A stretch of 64,000 bases of DNA. It comes from Vicugna vicugna (lineage: Eukaryota). The position numbers were made by a program, and so were the translations under genes. The stretch lies in assembly GCA_013265495.1 (NCBI GenBank), contig MU058687.1, positions 3,226,001-3,290,000 on the forward strand. Reading direction: 5' to 3'. The notes beneath the pieces were generated by a model. The model had not been told where the DNA came from. It saw nothing but the letters and a program-made list of their open reading frames with translations, and did not search any database. Below are positions 1 to 13,719 of the stretch, piece by piece (the stretch's first letter is position 1; each line of letters starts with the position of its first letter).

Positions 1-849
1 GGTTACAAGAAAATTAAATTCAAAGTTGGGACTAGAATCCAAGTCTCTACATTTTCCATTTATTGCCATTTCTTAGTCATCTTCCTGAGATTTTCTATGA
101 ATCAAATTTTCCTTAAATTATTTCAGATACTACAACTTAATCTGATTGTTTTACAATTATCAGTGGCTTAAAAGTAGAATTTCACTTTCAACTCAACCTT
201 AGTGCTCATTTTTGCTGTTCACATAATTAGTTATTTTTGCTATTCATATTATCAGCCATACACGGATTGAGATAAATTGTTCTGAGTTTCATTTTCCCTT
301 CTAGGAAAATGTCTGTTTTAAGGAAACCAGAACTAAACTGCTGTACTGGAAATAACCAGCTTCCTTTGTCTACACACAAGCCAAGTTTGTACAGGAAGTG
401 ATAAAGATATTACCCTTCAGTATGTACAGCAGAGGTCTTCAACAGGTAGTTCTATTACAGTTTAATCAGTGACCACAGACCAGGGCTCTCAGTCATCTTC
501 CGGGCATTTCAAATCAAGACAAGAAAGGGAGGCATGGCTGGAAGTCAATGCTGACAGGTTTCCCTTCCCTTGACGTACCAGCAAGTGTCTCACACCTTAA
601 ACCTCATCGAGTAGTAATAAAGACTATGAGACTGTGTTGCATGTTTCAAGGATAAATACTAATTTATTAAACTTTTGTTTCAGTTATACATGTCTGTACA
701 TATAAAATATATAAAGTGCATAAAACATTATGTATGCATTGGGTTGATATAAAAATGTTATTTCTTAGTGTAGGCTGGAACAAAAAGGTTTGAAAACCTC
801 TGCTATGGTATAGACCTAAATACAGACTTACATTATAAACATGTTTATT

Positions 850-2160
850 TCAACTTTCTAGAAATCGCCACAATTGTATCAATTTATATAAAGAGCATCT
901 GTATACAAGTTCACACTGGTACATAACATTGTCAACACTTAATATTGTCATATTTTAAAAGCTTTCAACATGGTAAAGATGAAAATAGTGTCTGTTTTAA
1001 TGTGCAATAATTTGAGGACTAGTGAGAATGAGCACATTCTTATCTTTATTTTCCAGTCAAGTTTCTTTATCTATGAATTGCCAGTTCCTACCTCTAGCCC
1101 ATTTTTCTACGGAACTGCATGCTTGTTTCTCATTAATTTGCAGGGCTTTACAGTCTGGCTAGTAATCCTTTATTGGTGACATGTGACAAATATCTCCTCA
1201 GTCCCTGGCTTGTTTTTTCACTTTTGGTGTCGCTTTGTTTGTAGTATCATACTCTGCAGAGGCCTTCTGTTTTTTAAATAACAGCTTTTTGAGATATAAT
1301 TAACAACTTACCATTAAACTCATCCTTTTCAAGTGTACAATTCAGTGGTTTTTATTATATTCATAGAGCAATACAAGCACCACCATAACTTAATTTTAGA
1401 ACATTTTCATCAGCCCAAAAAGAAACTCTAATTAGAAGTCACTCCCTAATGCCCTCTTCCCCTAGCCCCTGGCAAACTTCTAGTCTACTTTCTGTCTCTA
1501 TGAATTTACCTCTCCCGGACATTTCATATAAATGGAATCATACAGTATGGGGCCTTTTATGTCTGGCTTTTTACACTAAGCATAATGTTTCTATCACTTA
1601 TGTTGTAGCATGTTATCAGTATTCATTTCTTTTTATTGCTGAATAATATTCCACTCTATGGATATACTGTATTTTGTTTATCCATTCATCAGATGGCAGA
1701 TGTATGGATTGTTTCCATTTTGGCTATTATGAATAATGCAGCTATGAACACTGATGTACAAGTTTTTGTGTCTACATGTTTCATTTCTCTAGACAGCAGA
1801 ATTGTTGGGTCATATGATAACTCTGTTTAACATTTTAGGAACTGTTTTCCAAAGTGGTTGTATCATTTCATGATCCCACTAGCAATGTACAAGGGTTCCA
1901 ATTTCTCCATATCATCACCAACACTTTTTATTTTACCTATCCTAGTGGATGTGAAGTAGTATCTCATTGTGTTCTGATTTACATTTCCCAAATGATTCAT
2001 GAGCTTAGTCACCATTTGCATCTTCTCTGGAGAAATATCTATTAAAATATTTTTCCCATTTTAACACTGGGTTGTCTTTTTATTGTTGAATTATAAGAGA
2101 ACTTTATACATTCTAGATAACAAGTTCTTTATCTGCTATATGATTTTCAAATATTTTTTT
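850..2160 (-). mobile_element. Old L1 3' fragments (likely one L1M 3' end nested in another)
   Basis: Antisense L1 3' UTR/ORF2-end motifs, e.g. ggacatttcatataaatggaatcatacagtatg and ttggctattatgaataatgcagctatgaac. Confidence 0.8.
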
Positions 2161-4515
2161 CTGGTAAAGAAGCTGGGAGAGGTCCTGGCCACTGTAAACG
2201 GTACCTAATACTATTATTAGCCTTGGCTTCTCGCCACCAAGATGTTGCTTACCCCTCCTTAATGAAACACCCCTCAAAATCTTGGGCTTTCCCACACCAC
2301 TTCCTAATGCTTCTCTCCGAATCAACCTTCTTCAGTAGTGCGGGTGTGTTTGTGTGTCTTCTCCCAGGAATATTATGATTCCCCAATATTACATCGTTGG
2401 TGCTTCCTCTTCTTATTTAATGCCCTCTTCTATCTACCAACTCCCATGGCTTCAACTACTACCCATTCATTCCTTCAGCCAAGATTTCCTGAGTTCCTAT
2501 TACATGCCAGGCACAATGCAAATAGCAAAATCTCAGACACTTGCTGAAGGAGTTTACTTATTAGGCAGCAAGAGGCTTATTCAGATTAATTCAAAACCAT
2601 CACATTTTACAGGTCAGTACTTTATCTGTACAATAGTTTCTACATCTTCCCAGATTACAAGAATTGTTGACTATTTTCCCAAACCTCAATATGTACCATT
2701 TGGAGTAACGCTGGATCATACCCATAGTCTCAGCATAACTGCATATTGCACTACATTTAGACATTATCAGAAAGCAGTAGACTGACTTACAATAGATCAT
2801 GTTAAGAAATGAACCCCTATCACAGGAGTCATCCTAATCCTTTAGGGTCTTACAGTACACATGTATTATCTGTAAAATCAGAAGCAAAAATTATTTTAAA
2901 ACAAAAGGAGAAATAACCACCTTAACCTTCATAATGGGTCTTGAAAGTAGTCTTAAACACAACAAACATTCAGATAAATTTTCTGAGTTTTAATTGGTCA
3001 GAAGCAAAAGGCTTATCTGATTGGTCACAAATTGTAAATTACATTACAGAACGCTTCTTAGAAGCTATTCAGAAAGCAACCGACTTTTGAGGCTACAAAC
3101 CATGTATTTAGTCAAGTAAGGCACACCCATTCAGAATGCAAACACAGGCTCTACCCATCCCTCTCAATTGCCTATTCTGCCAATAAACACTGCTTCTTTC
3201 TTTCAAAAATGGAATCTAATTGAATCTCAACCAATTAACTACTTGCTCAGAACACCACGAGGTTTCTAGAGCACCTAGGCCAACCTTAAAAAGTAAGCAA
3301 GTCTGCGTTCCCTGAATATCCAGGTTCTAAAATACTGTCTTAAGAAGACAGTGGTTTAATAGTGAATACTGGTCTCGTTTCCCAAGAATTTTTATTAAAG
3401 AGGATTCCTGAATACCTCAAATGACCCTAGAATCTTTCAGATACAGCTAGTAAGACTTGAAATTTCTTCCCCTTGGAACAAAAAGCATTTGAAACAAAAA
3501 TCTAGTCGCACAAGTGGTAAATAGTCACAACATTACTTTTGCAAAGCTTTGAGGTCTGATGTCTTCTCAAGTCCTGCGGAACCCGAACAGGTATACTGGC
3601 CATTCTAGCTGCTCCTCCTGTTCCTGTGTCAGAACTAACTTCTCCTTTCCCCCGGTACTGTTTCCTCTCAGTGGAAGCAAAAGCTAGTAGCTACTCAGTA
3701 AACCACCTTTCATTAGTTATTCATTTGTCTTCTTCTAAGTTTAAGTAGCAGGACCAACACTTCGTGCTTTCTATTTTGCTTGTCGTATTATTTAAATAAG
3801 ATCAAAATTTGTGCCCCAATTCCTCCTTAAGATAGAATCATATTTATTCTGGCAGCTAGAAGGCTGTCATCCTTCTAACATCTCCTTAAAACTACTCCTA
3901 AAGGAAAGAAACTTAGGTTCAAACTGTCTCAAAGGCAGATAACTTTTTTTCTTCCATATGTGTTAACTAATTAAGGAAGGTAAAATATGTGAACAAATCT
4001 GGAAAGTACTATAAAGAAACGAAAGACCTAAAAAAAGTGTTGTTAACAAGGGGCTTTAAAAGTAGAAACCAACAGCATTATATTTCAGGTGCAAACAAAA
4101 TATGGCAATGTCAAATCCACAGTAAGAAACTCTTAGTAATTAAGATCACTGAATATTCCAACACTGCTGAGAAAATTTTCCGCAAAGTCTCTAGAGGTCT
4201 TTAAAAATAGGATAGTATCATCTATCAAGATTAGTTTTAATAAAGTCCTACAAAGAGATAAAGAGAATGAATTACATAAACCCCTAAAGGAACCTAAAGG
4301 TTCCTTCCAGCTCTCATTCTGTCAAAGCTTCCAATTCTAACTCAAAGTTTTCCTAATGTTAATTGTCACCCTTTACCTCAAAAATGGCTGACCCTCTTCT
4401 CTCACTCCTGAGTGGCAGAGAGAAAAAAATTACTGCTTCTCTTCCTTGTGAAAAGTCTACCTACTACCATCATTAAAAAACAGTAAATGTCTACCTACAT
4501 CCGCAAGGATGGCTA

Positions 4516-5440
4516 CCGAAAAGAAAAAAAACCCAATGCTTCTGTGATGTCTCTCCTTTACTCTCACACCACCACACCACTAATACTTCTGACACCAGAC
4601 GTTGAGGGGGGTGGGTTACACACCAAGCAATACTGCAACATCAGCTGGGTGTCCTCCAATTTAACTCACTTCTCTCACTATATAGCTGGAGACAATGTCA
4701 GATCCCACAGGTTCAGGGCTCAGTCCCACAAGGCTGCCCTCACCCCAACTTCAAAAGCCAATCTCAAGTCCAGGTGGTCACCTGTGCTTCTGATCAATCA
4801 GAGTTTCCTGCGACCCCCTCCTCGGATTTGATTAATTTGCTAGAGCAGCTCAAAGAACTCAGGAAAATTGTTTACTTACTGTTTACCAGTTTATTATAAA
4901 AGGATATAATGGATACAGATGAACAACCAGGTGGAATAGATGTGTAGGGCAAGGAATGTGGCAAGAGGCACGGAGCTTCCGGGTGTGCCACTCTCCCAGC
5001 ACCTCCACGTGGTTAGCAACTCACTCTCTGAATCCAGTACTTTGGGGTTTTTATGGAGGCTTCATCACGTAGGCATGATCAATCATTAACTCCATTTCCA
5101 GCCTCTCTTCCCTCTCTGGAGAATGGGGGATAGAGGGGTGGGGCTGAAAATGCCAAGCTTCTAATCGTGGCTTGGTCTTTCTGGTGACACAGTGGGCCCC
5201 CATCCAGAAGCCCACCAAGAGTCAGCTCATTAGAACAAAAGATGATTCTATTATCTAGGAAATTTCAAGGGATTTAGGAGCTCTGTGTCAGAAACTGGGG
5301 AATCAAAGACCAAATATTAGAATAAAAGATGATCCTAGTGCTCTTATCAGTTAGGAAATTACACAGGTTAGGAGTTCTGTGCCAGGAACAGGAGCAGATA
5401 CATATACACATGTATATTTTTCCCTCTCTATAATCTCACA
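4516..5440 (-). mobile_element. MER21-like LTR inserted into an L1
   Basis: cagatcccacaggttcagggctcagtcccacaag, internal ~90-bp repeat near 5230-5390, flanked by GCTA on both sides. The L1 phrase aggatggcta|ttatt is split. Confidence 0.75.
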
Positions 5441-6172
5441 GCTATTATTAAAATAAATAAATAAATGAATAAAAAACAGAAAATAACCAGCTTTGGTGAA
5501 GATGTGGAGAAACTGGAACCCTTATGCACTATTGATGGAAATGTGAAATGGTACAGCCACTGTGGAAAACAGTTTGGCAGCTCCTCAAAAAATTAAAAAT
5601 AGAATTACCATATGATCCAGCAATTCCACTTCTAGGTATATACCCAAAAGAACTGAAAGCAGGGTCTAAGAGATATTTGTACACCCACGTTCATAGAGGC
5701 ATTATTCACAACAGCTGAAACATGGAAGCAACCTGAGTGTCCATTGACAGATGAATGGCTAAAGAAAATGTGTTGTGTGTGTGTACACAATGGAATAGTA
5801 TTCAGCCTTAAAAGGAAATTCTGATAGATGCTACAACATGCATGATTCAAAAGGATATTATGCTAAATGAAATAAGCCAGTCACAAAAAGACAAACACTA
5901 CATAATTCCATTTATATGAGGTACTTATAGTAATCAAATGAATAGAGACAGAAAATAGAATGGTGGTTGCCAAGGACTGGGAGGAGGGGAGACTGGGGAG
6001 ATAATGTTTAATTGGTATAAAGTTTCAGTTTTACAAGATGAAAAGAGTTATAGAGATGGATGGTGTTGATGGTTGCACAACATTATGAAAGTATTTAATT
6101 CCACTGAATTGTACACTTAAAAATGGTTAAGATGGTAAATTTTTCATGTGTATTTTATCACAATAAAAAAAA
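5441..6172 (+). mobile_element. L1 (L1MA/MB-like) ORF2 end and 3' UTR
   Basis: gatgtggagaaactggaaccc...tatgatccagcaattccacttctaggtatatacccaaaagaactgaaagc...ttttatcacaataaaaaa. Confidence 0.88.
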
Positions 6173-6361
6173 TTGGGGGAAGAAACCCAGAAAACAAAAG
6201 CAAACTGTATGTCTGATTGTTTCATAATGCCTTTTCTACCACAGGATCTGTTTACTCAAACTCTAAACTCAAATCCAACAAAGGGCAGGCATATACATTC
6301 ATCCCTTCAAACATGGAAACTCCTGAGAGTGTACAGGGATCTCAGAAGTTTCTAACTTCTC

Positions 6362-6451
6362 ATGTATAACTGAAAAATTGTGCTGAACACTGGAATTTTG
6401 ACACAACCTTGTAAAATGATTATAAATTAATAAAAAAAGTTTAAATAAAAA
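6362..6451 (+). mobile_element. Young, severely 5'-truncated L1 3' end
   Basis: actgaaaaattgtgctgaacactggaa...; 16-bp TSD AAGTTTCTAACTTCTC 6346-6361 / 6452-6467. Same tail sequence recurs at 28.4 and 57.5 kb. Confidence 0.85.
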
Positions 6452-6985
6452 AAGTTTCTAACTTCTCTCTTATTCATTAAAAGACAAATGTTGGAATATG
6501 CAAGGAAATGAACTCATATCTCAGGTTTAAAAACCATGTTACACTCTGTATTTTAGTGGAAGCAGGACACACATCTGTGCATTTAATATCTTATGTGTAT
6601 TTTCACAGCATTATAGACAACACTTCCCACAGAAACGGGGGAAAAACAGAGCCTTGAGCACTAGCACACCATTGTAATTAAAACAAAAGCAACTTCAAAA
6701 AAATTTTAAATACTCTTGCTCTCATAAGGTTCAAAAATCTCTTTTGCTTAAGAAAAAAGAGAAGGGGGGGGAAACATCCCACAGACAGTATTCCTCCTAT
6801 TAGTGTACAAAGAAAGCTACATATAAAGTCTTTGTTTCAAAAAGTCTCATGAGAAATTGTTTTCTAGAAGGGACACTGCAGCCCTAAATCTTCTTTAGGG
6901 CACTCCACCAGACCATTCTTCCAAATGCCACCATTGTGTCTTGAGTGAAAATTTTCACTAAAATATATTATAAAAAGTCATTCAG

Positions 6986-7074
6986 TGTATGTATGTATAT
7001 GCATGACTGGGACATTGTGTTGTATACCAGAAATTGACACACTGTAATTGACTGTACTCCAGTTAAAAAAAAAA
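6986..7074 (+). mobile_element. Young 5'-truncated L1 3' end (different subfamily tail)
   Basis: catgactgggacattgtgttgtataccagaaattgacac + poly(A); 14-bp TSD AAAAAGTCATTCAG 6972-6985 / 7075-7088. Confidence 0.85.
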
Positions 7075-8399
7075 AAAAAGTCATTCAGATTTTCCAGTTA
7101 TACAGATTTTTAAATTTCACTTTAGCAACTTGGTATTTCTTCATCTCATCGGCAATCTCTGAAATGTCTTGTCTACCAATGCTAAACTGTTAGGGATTAT
7201 GGGAGGGAGGAATCTGATTTACTACTAATTCAGAACGTAAGTGTGTCAAGTGAAAAGAACACTTAAACACAAAGCACTTCTAAAGTGCGAACACCTTTCT
7301 CTTCATTTCCTTCTCCCTCTTAAAAATCATAATCCACTCATCAGCCTGCAGTGTATTTCCTGACTCCCACCGTTAGGTTTCTCTGTTACATTCCATACCA
7401 CAATTTTGTCTTATTAGCCTTGCGCTGCTAGGAAATGCTTATTAACATTTACATGGCTAGGAAAACAACTTCTTCTACCACTTATAATAAGCTGATTCTT
7501 ATCACTTCCTGTCTCTTACAGTTAGATCTTTAAAAATGAAAACAATTTTTTTGAATCTGTGTATTACGTTGCCCTGAAACTTCAGGGGAGGTCCAATCTC
7601 TTTTACGTATTTCCCCCAAGCTCTTTTGATCTTCATATCTCAACATGACCTGGAGAAATGCTTTATTTCTGTTTCACACCAAACAGTAACAGGCCTATCT
7701 ATCACATTACTGAGTAGGGGAGAAGGCTGTCAGATATTTATGGTAGAGCCAAACTAAATCACAACAGTCATACTTCCTGCTCCAGGGAACTGACTACTTT
7801 TGGGGAAAACAATTTCCTTAATTTCTGAACGACAAAGTATTAAAGTCAACTGCAAATATCACAACCCTCTCTTCCACCAACATCGATCTATTTCTATACC
7901 GCTTGTCTTTAAAAACAGATATCAGCAGAATACCTGTCAGTCCAAAGAACTGGAAGACTGATAACAATTATTGCTTTGAATTCAAAACTTTTCGAAATAT
8001 TTCAGAATTACCTGGACTTGGCTGATGATTAAGCCTTGGTTAATTAGTAGACAGACTCATCACAAGTCACCATCAGGTTAAATGATCCCCTTGTGTGATA
8101 GCACTCTTGCTCAAAAGATCAAAAGGACCACCTAACTCAACAAGGATCCCGGGATGGGGGGTCTCACCTCGAGCTGAGTAAGACCATAACGCTTTTGAGG
8201 CACTGGACCAGGTTCCCCGCCAAATTTGTAGTCTAATGTCCTGCTTGTAGAAGGGGAAGGTACGTGGTAGGAAGAGACTGGGTGTGTTTCCGCCTGGGAC
8301 CACCTCCTAACTTTCTCTGCCCCCTGAGGACCATTGGCGTGGTTTTCCCTGGAGGGCTTCAGGGTTCTAGGAAGAAGCACTACCTGGGGTGCATAGGAG

Positions 8400-9380
8400 A
8401 GATCCTCGGGAGAAAAAAAAAAGAAGTCCCTGGGTGGATCCTCCGGTGGTCCAAGGGGGCACACTCTAGTTCTCCTGGGGGGCGGCCCCCACTGCTGGCG
8501 GGACCGGGTAGAGGAGGCAGAGTCCAAATCTCCGAGCTAGAGGAGGAAGACCTCAGGCGCGAAAAGACAGGGGAGACTCTGCGCCGCCCTTGAGCCCTCC
8601 GGCTCCGACAGGCCCGGTCAGCGCCAGGACACCGCCGCCAGCACACCTGAGCCGCGCCCGCCTTCGCAGACCATCACCGCGACCTCGCCCGGCGAGGCCG
8701 CCCCTCCGCACCGGTGCCGGCTCGCAGGGTCCCGGCCCACCGCCTCCGGCCCAGCCCGGCCGCCTGATCCCACCGTACCTGGCCGGCGGCAGCTGCGGCG
8801 GCAGCGGCGCTGCTCCTCACGTACCCGTTCCGCACTTCCCCATTCACCACGCAGCCGTTCGCCCGCACCGGGCGACGGCAGCAGCAGCCTCCGGGACCTG
8901 GCCGCATCGCCCCGGCAGCACCAGGCGCAAGGCAGAGTCTGTAGGCGGCGGCCGAGGCGGCAGCGACTCCAAGTCCCGCTTCGCACCCCTCCCACCTTCC
9001 CGAAACCGGAAATCGCTGCGCGCCGCCGCCAATTCCCTGCCGGGCCGTCACGTGGGGGCGGGGCCCACTCCCGCCGAGGCCGCGGTTCGCCCAAGGCGGG
9101 GCAGGGGAGGGGGAGACCGGACGGCGGCGCGCAGCGGGGTCGTGAGCCTGAGGACCGCTGGCCAATCTGGAGGAGGAGGAGGCGGGCCCCAGGCTCCTGC
9201 CTGGCCAATCACGGGCGAGAATAAAGCCCCTCGCGGTTGTCGAGGGGGTTTTCTGGAGGGACCCGAGGACCCGGCACCCGGGCAGAACCCAGGTCTGTAG
9301 AGCGCGTTCCCTGTTCGGAACTGGTGGCGCCCTCTCTGCCCTTGCCTCTGGGGAAGTTCTCGGGTTTGAATCCGAGCCTG
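8400..9380. promoter_or_regulatory. SPTLC2: CpG island / TATA-less promoter of SPTLC2
   Basis: Very GC- and CpG-rich. CCAAT at 9029-9033, 9162-9166 and 9205-9209; GC box GGGGCGGGGC 9055-9064; ETS ACCGGAAAT 9005-9013; E-box GTCACGTG 9047-9054. Confidence 0.9.
8779..8907 (-). CDS. SPTLC2: Serine palmitoyltransferase long chain base subunit 2, coding exon 1 (rest of gene lies left of the window)
   Basis: Translates [43 protein letters not shown] (43 codons), matching the known SPTLC2 N-terminus. ATG at 8907-8905; donor CAG|GTACGG at 8779/8778; lies in a CpG island; syntenic with ALKBH1/SLIRP. Confidence 0.97.
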
Positions 9381-9874
9381 AGTCAGGGCTCCTTTATTTA
9401 ATTAGCTGATTTTTCTGTGGCTTTTTATAGAATAACCTTTTTGACATCCGTTCATCATTCTTCAGTGTGCCCCGTACATTAATACATTTCTTAAGTAATA
9501 ATTCGGATGTCTCTTTGCCCTTCACATCTGTTCATATCAGGGTTTTCCATACAATTCCTTTCAAGAGCACTTCCTTGAAAGTCAAGAAACCTGATCTCGT
9601 TCCAACTCTGCCAGTAACCAGAAGCTAAACCTTGAGTGTTTAACCACTTTGGGAGCCAGATTCTTTACAATGGAGTTAATACTTCCAACTTAATAGGTTC
9701 ATTTCAAGAACTGCATTAATAAACCATTGCGCACCTATCCCAAAACCTGGCCCATACTAGAAGCGTAATATATACATTATTTTTCACCCCTTCAGTTCTA
9801 TAGTCCCATAGTTATTAGAAAGAAAATGGATCTACATGAAATTAACAAGAAACTTTTGGTTGCCCATAAAGAAT

Positions 9875-10080
9875 TTAGTGTTATGTTTAAGAGTATGGAC
9901 TCTGGAGTCAGTCTGGGTTTGACCTCTGGCTGTGCAAATGGCTTAGTGACCTCTATATGTCTACATCTGTTCAGTGAGGATAATAATAATTGTCCTGAGG
10001 ATTTACTAAGTTAATACATGTAGTGTATTTTGTACAGGATCTGACAATGAGTAAACATTACTAAGTGTTGGTTATTATTA
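9875..10080 (+). mobile_element. MIR
   Basis: aagagtatggactctggagtcag...tgttggttattatt, MIR-like head and tail. Confidence 0.65.
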
Positions 10081-11264
10081 ATCGCTGAATGTGCCCATGA
10101 GAGCCCCTGCATTCTTCCTCCACCCCAGGAGCTCTAGAAAAGGGCTTGATAAGGTATCAGCTTTTTCAAGGTTTCAGAGCTGAACCATCTAACTTCAGGT
10201 AGGCAGAGCAGATATTCTCTTGGAGTCAACAAACACCATGCTCCGAAAGAATGCAATTTGGGGGCAAATGTATGACACTAAAAATGAAGCATTTCTTTTT
10301 ATGCATTTGAATGTGAAGTTTGCCTCTCACAGTCTGCAAGAGAAAAGATGTACACGTATAAAGTAAACAACAAAAAAAGCTTGCCGAAGGCTGGCATCAT
10401 TATTCAACAGTAGTTCTGATGAGGAAGCCTGGGTAGCAGAGACAAATCTAGACTTTGTACGTAGGATGTTTTCAGGGCAGGAATCTGGTTGGAAGCAGGG
10501 GTAAGGTTTTCAGTTGGAGCTTAGATAGTGGGCTGAATGAACTTGGAGAAGGCTCGGGAGGAAGATGTGCAATGAGCTTGATCTTGAAAGCTGAGTAGGA
10601 TTTGGAGAGCTGGACATGAGAAGGAAGGGGCAGGTATACCTTGGAGAGGGAACCTTCAGAAGCTCAGGTATAGAGGCTGAAAAGAGCAAAGCCTTGAACT
10701 GGAGACTAAAAGTTAAGGAGCCTGGCTAGATTCAGGAGTCCTATTAGCCAATCCCTCCCTTCAGGACACCAGGTCCTTGTCTTGTTCTGCCACTTACTCA
10801 CCATGTGTGGTCTTGTGCAAGTCATTCAACATCAGCCTTGGTTTCCTCACCCATCTTACAAAGTTAATACCTGAACTACTTACCTCAATAGGATTTGGTG
10901 AGCATCAGTGATATAATATACAGATAATCTGATGATCTTGCATAACATTGCTAAATCACAAAAAGGATGCCTCAGAAGCCAGTAGGAAACACCCCAGGTT
11001 TCATGTAAACAGGAAAAAAAAAACTCCTTCAAGAGGCATAAGCTGTCTTATCATCATTTTACTGAATTCATATGCAAAGTTCTGTGCTAGGCACCAGGGT
11101 TACAACTCTTCTCTTCCTTCAAGATTTCTCAAACCTCTTCAGCTGGGAAACCTTTCTTGAACTCTAGCCTCCCCAACAAAATTACTCACTTTCTTCTCAG
11201 TGAACTTTATACACACCTATGTAAGTATATGTCACATTGCTTTGGGATTCTTTGTTTTGAGAGG

Positions 11265-11497
11265 GAGATTACACAGTGATTAGAAGCAGGAACTCTGTAG
11301 TCAGACAGGATTGGAGACTCATCTCCAGCACTTAGGAGCCTTGTGACTTTGGCAAAGCTGCCTAAGCTCTCTGTGACTCAGTTCCTTCATCTGTAAATTG
11401 GGACATCTCTCATAGAACTGTTGTGAGAATTAAATAAGGAAAGCATTTAGTACCATGGCCTGTCACATAATATTCAATAAGTGCTGGTGATTATTAG
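11265..11497 (+). mobile_element. MIR
   Basis: MIR core ctctgtgactcagttccttcatctgtaaattggg...gttgtgagaattaaat. Confidence 0.75.
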
Positions 11498-13719
11498 TTG
11501 AAATGTGAACTATTTTTTAAATGCATGAATAACTGATTGAACTAGACAGAGAGCAATCTCCTTGAATTCAAGGGATTGTCAAATTCATCTTTAGGTTCTC
11601 AGTACCTACCACAGTCCCTGGCACATTGTCAGTGCCCAATAAATGTTTGATGCATGAATAAATGGATGAATGAATGGAAATCTGGCTTTGCCTCCAAGAA
11701 GCCTTCTATCACATGGAGACCATGAATTAAGGGTCTTTTGACTACAGAGCAGCCAATATTAGAAAACTTAAAAGAAAGGTATATTTACTGAGACTCTTCT
11801 CAAGATAGGAAGTGTTGGGACTCAGAAACAGATCCCAAATCTCAGCAACAGAAAATTATAGACCTTCCCCCAGCACCAACCCACTTTTGAGGCTTAGCTC
11901 TCAGCAATCTACAACTTTTACATTCTATAGGTCAAACTTATAAACTCCCAGGAAAGGGAAGTCTGACTGGCCCAGCTTAATGTGAGATATCTAATGCTTG
12001 GCCAAGCAGTGGTGGCCAAAGCCCAAGGATTAGCTGCTGAAGGTGAGGAATCAGTTACAAAAAAGGAGGATTCACTGCAGAGAAAGAAGGAACAACCCTA
12101 TCATTGTCCACTACAAGAAATGGGAATGAAAAGGACAAATAACAATAGCTTGGAATGAGTGTGAAAAGAGGAAGCTTCTGATATAGCATTTTAAAAAGGG
12201 CCATGTAGGACTGCAGCCTGGGAAGAAAAATTAAGTGAAAGAAACTAGGCTATATAGTTGGAGGAGCAACTGGCCTGTGCCATCAAATAGGGGTCTTGGT
12301 TGCAGGCCTCCCAAGTTAAGTCTCGCTGACTTGCACAGAAGGGAATTCACTGAGAGGTTATTAGCAGCTCAGAGACCTGGCTGAAGGCTGGAGGACCAGG
12401 CTTAGAAAAAGTCAGGAGCCAAGGGAGCTCCAGATGACTAGGCAGCAAGGACCTCAACAGGCGACTGCAGCAGAAACTGTCTGGTGAGTGCATCACCACC
12501 AAAATAAATGAGCTCTAACCAGCCCTTCCATCCTTGAGTCACTGGCCCAAAAGTCAGTCCTGGGAGAGAGTATCTGATTGGCTGAGTTTAGGTCACATTG
12601 GTCCATAGAAGCAGGTGGCAAACAAAAGAAGGATGTCGTGCCTTCACCTTTCATGGTGGAAGGTGCTTACTAGGATTCACTTTCCCAAAAAAGAGGACAG
12701 AAAATGAGGAAAGGATTTCCCCAGAAAGAAATCAGGGACCTCATAAAAAAAAGGGAACAAACACCTTGCAGGTAAAAATGATGGATGTCCACAATAGTAG
12801 TTAAGAAGGCAGAACAGTTATAACCTAGAAAGAGCCCTCCAGAGGCAATCTGCTTTGGTACAAAACCCAGGGCTGGACAACTGAAAGCTAATATCTGATC
12901 CTGACTCTGAAAGCATCACTTGGTCTTCCCTTTCCAAACTTTTCATGCTTCATTCAATCATTGATCTCTTTGGTCAATTATTCAACAAATATTTTTTTCT
13001 GGGCATCATGTTAGGTACGACAAATACAATGATAAGCAGACAGAAACATGGTCTCTGCTCTTGTGGAAATTGCAGTCTCAATTTACAAGAAATGGGTCTC
13101 CTATTTCCCTTTTTATTACTCCTAATCTAATACAATGAATTTAGGAGTTACTTCTTCTCTCAGGGAGTCCCTGGCCCTATTTTTGCTGGAAAATCTTGAA
13201 TAACATTTTTGGACCATTTTCAGTAACAATGTTTGCATTCACAAAACTGGGTGGACACTGGGACAAGAATTTAGAATTGCATTATTGTGACGCCTGAGCT
13301 GTTTAATGGGATGACAGCTAAAATGCAGCTTTAAGAAGAATGATGGTTCCTGATTGGTTCAGGGTGCCTGCTAAACATCCAGTAGAGGGATTTTAATCTG
13401 TGTCATTTGCCGTCAGAGCTCAGAGATGAAACAAATGAGCACTCCAGGAATAGGCAGTTAGAGCCTGTCCGTCAGTGGTAGCTCTCTCTGCCTTGTGTTT
13501 TCTCTGTCCTAGAAGCACCTCTTTGCCTGATGTTTCCTCTGCCCTACTTAACCACTACACCCCACACTGCCACCCTGGACTTCCTGTGGGCACTTGCTAG
13601 GCTGATTGTTGTGATCATCTGAGGCTCTACTTCAGGAAGTGGACTTTTTTTGAAGGCTCCAGGAAGGAGGGGAGGGGAAGAGGTGGTGCTACAGATAACG
13701 ATTATGGTAATGGTGGTAG

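Noticed and set aside
8590..9300. Long ORFs of 236, 196 and 163 aa over the SPTLC2 CpG island
   Set aside because: Pro/Arg/Gly/Ala-rich chance frames from stop-poor GC-rich DNA. Only 8907-8779 is real. The ~30 codons upstream of the SPTLC2 ATG have no in-frame ATG/CTG/GTG to support an N-terminal extension.
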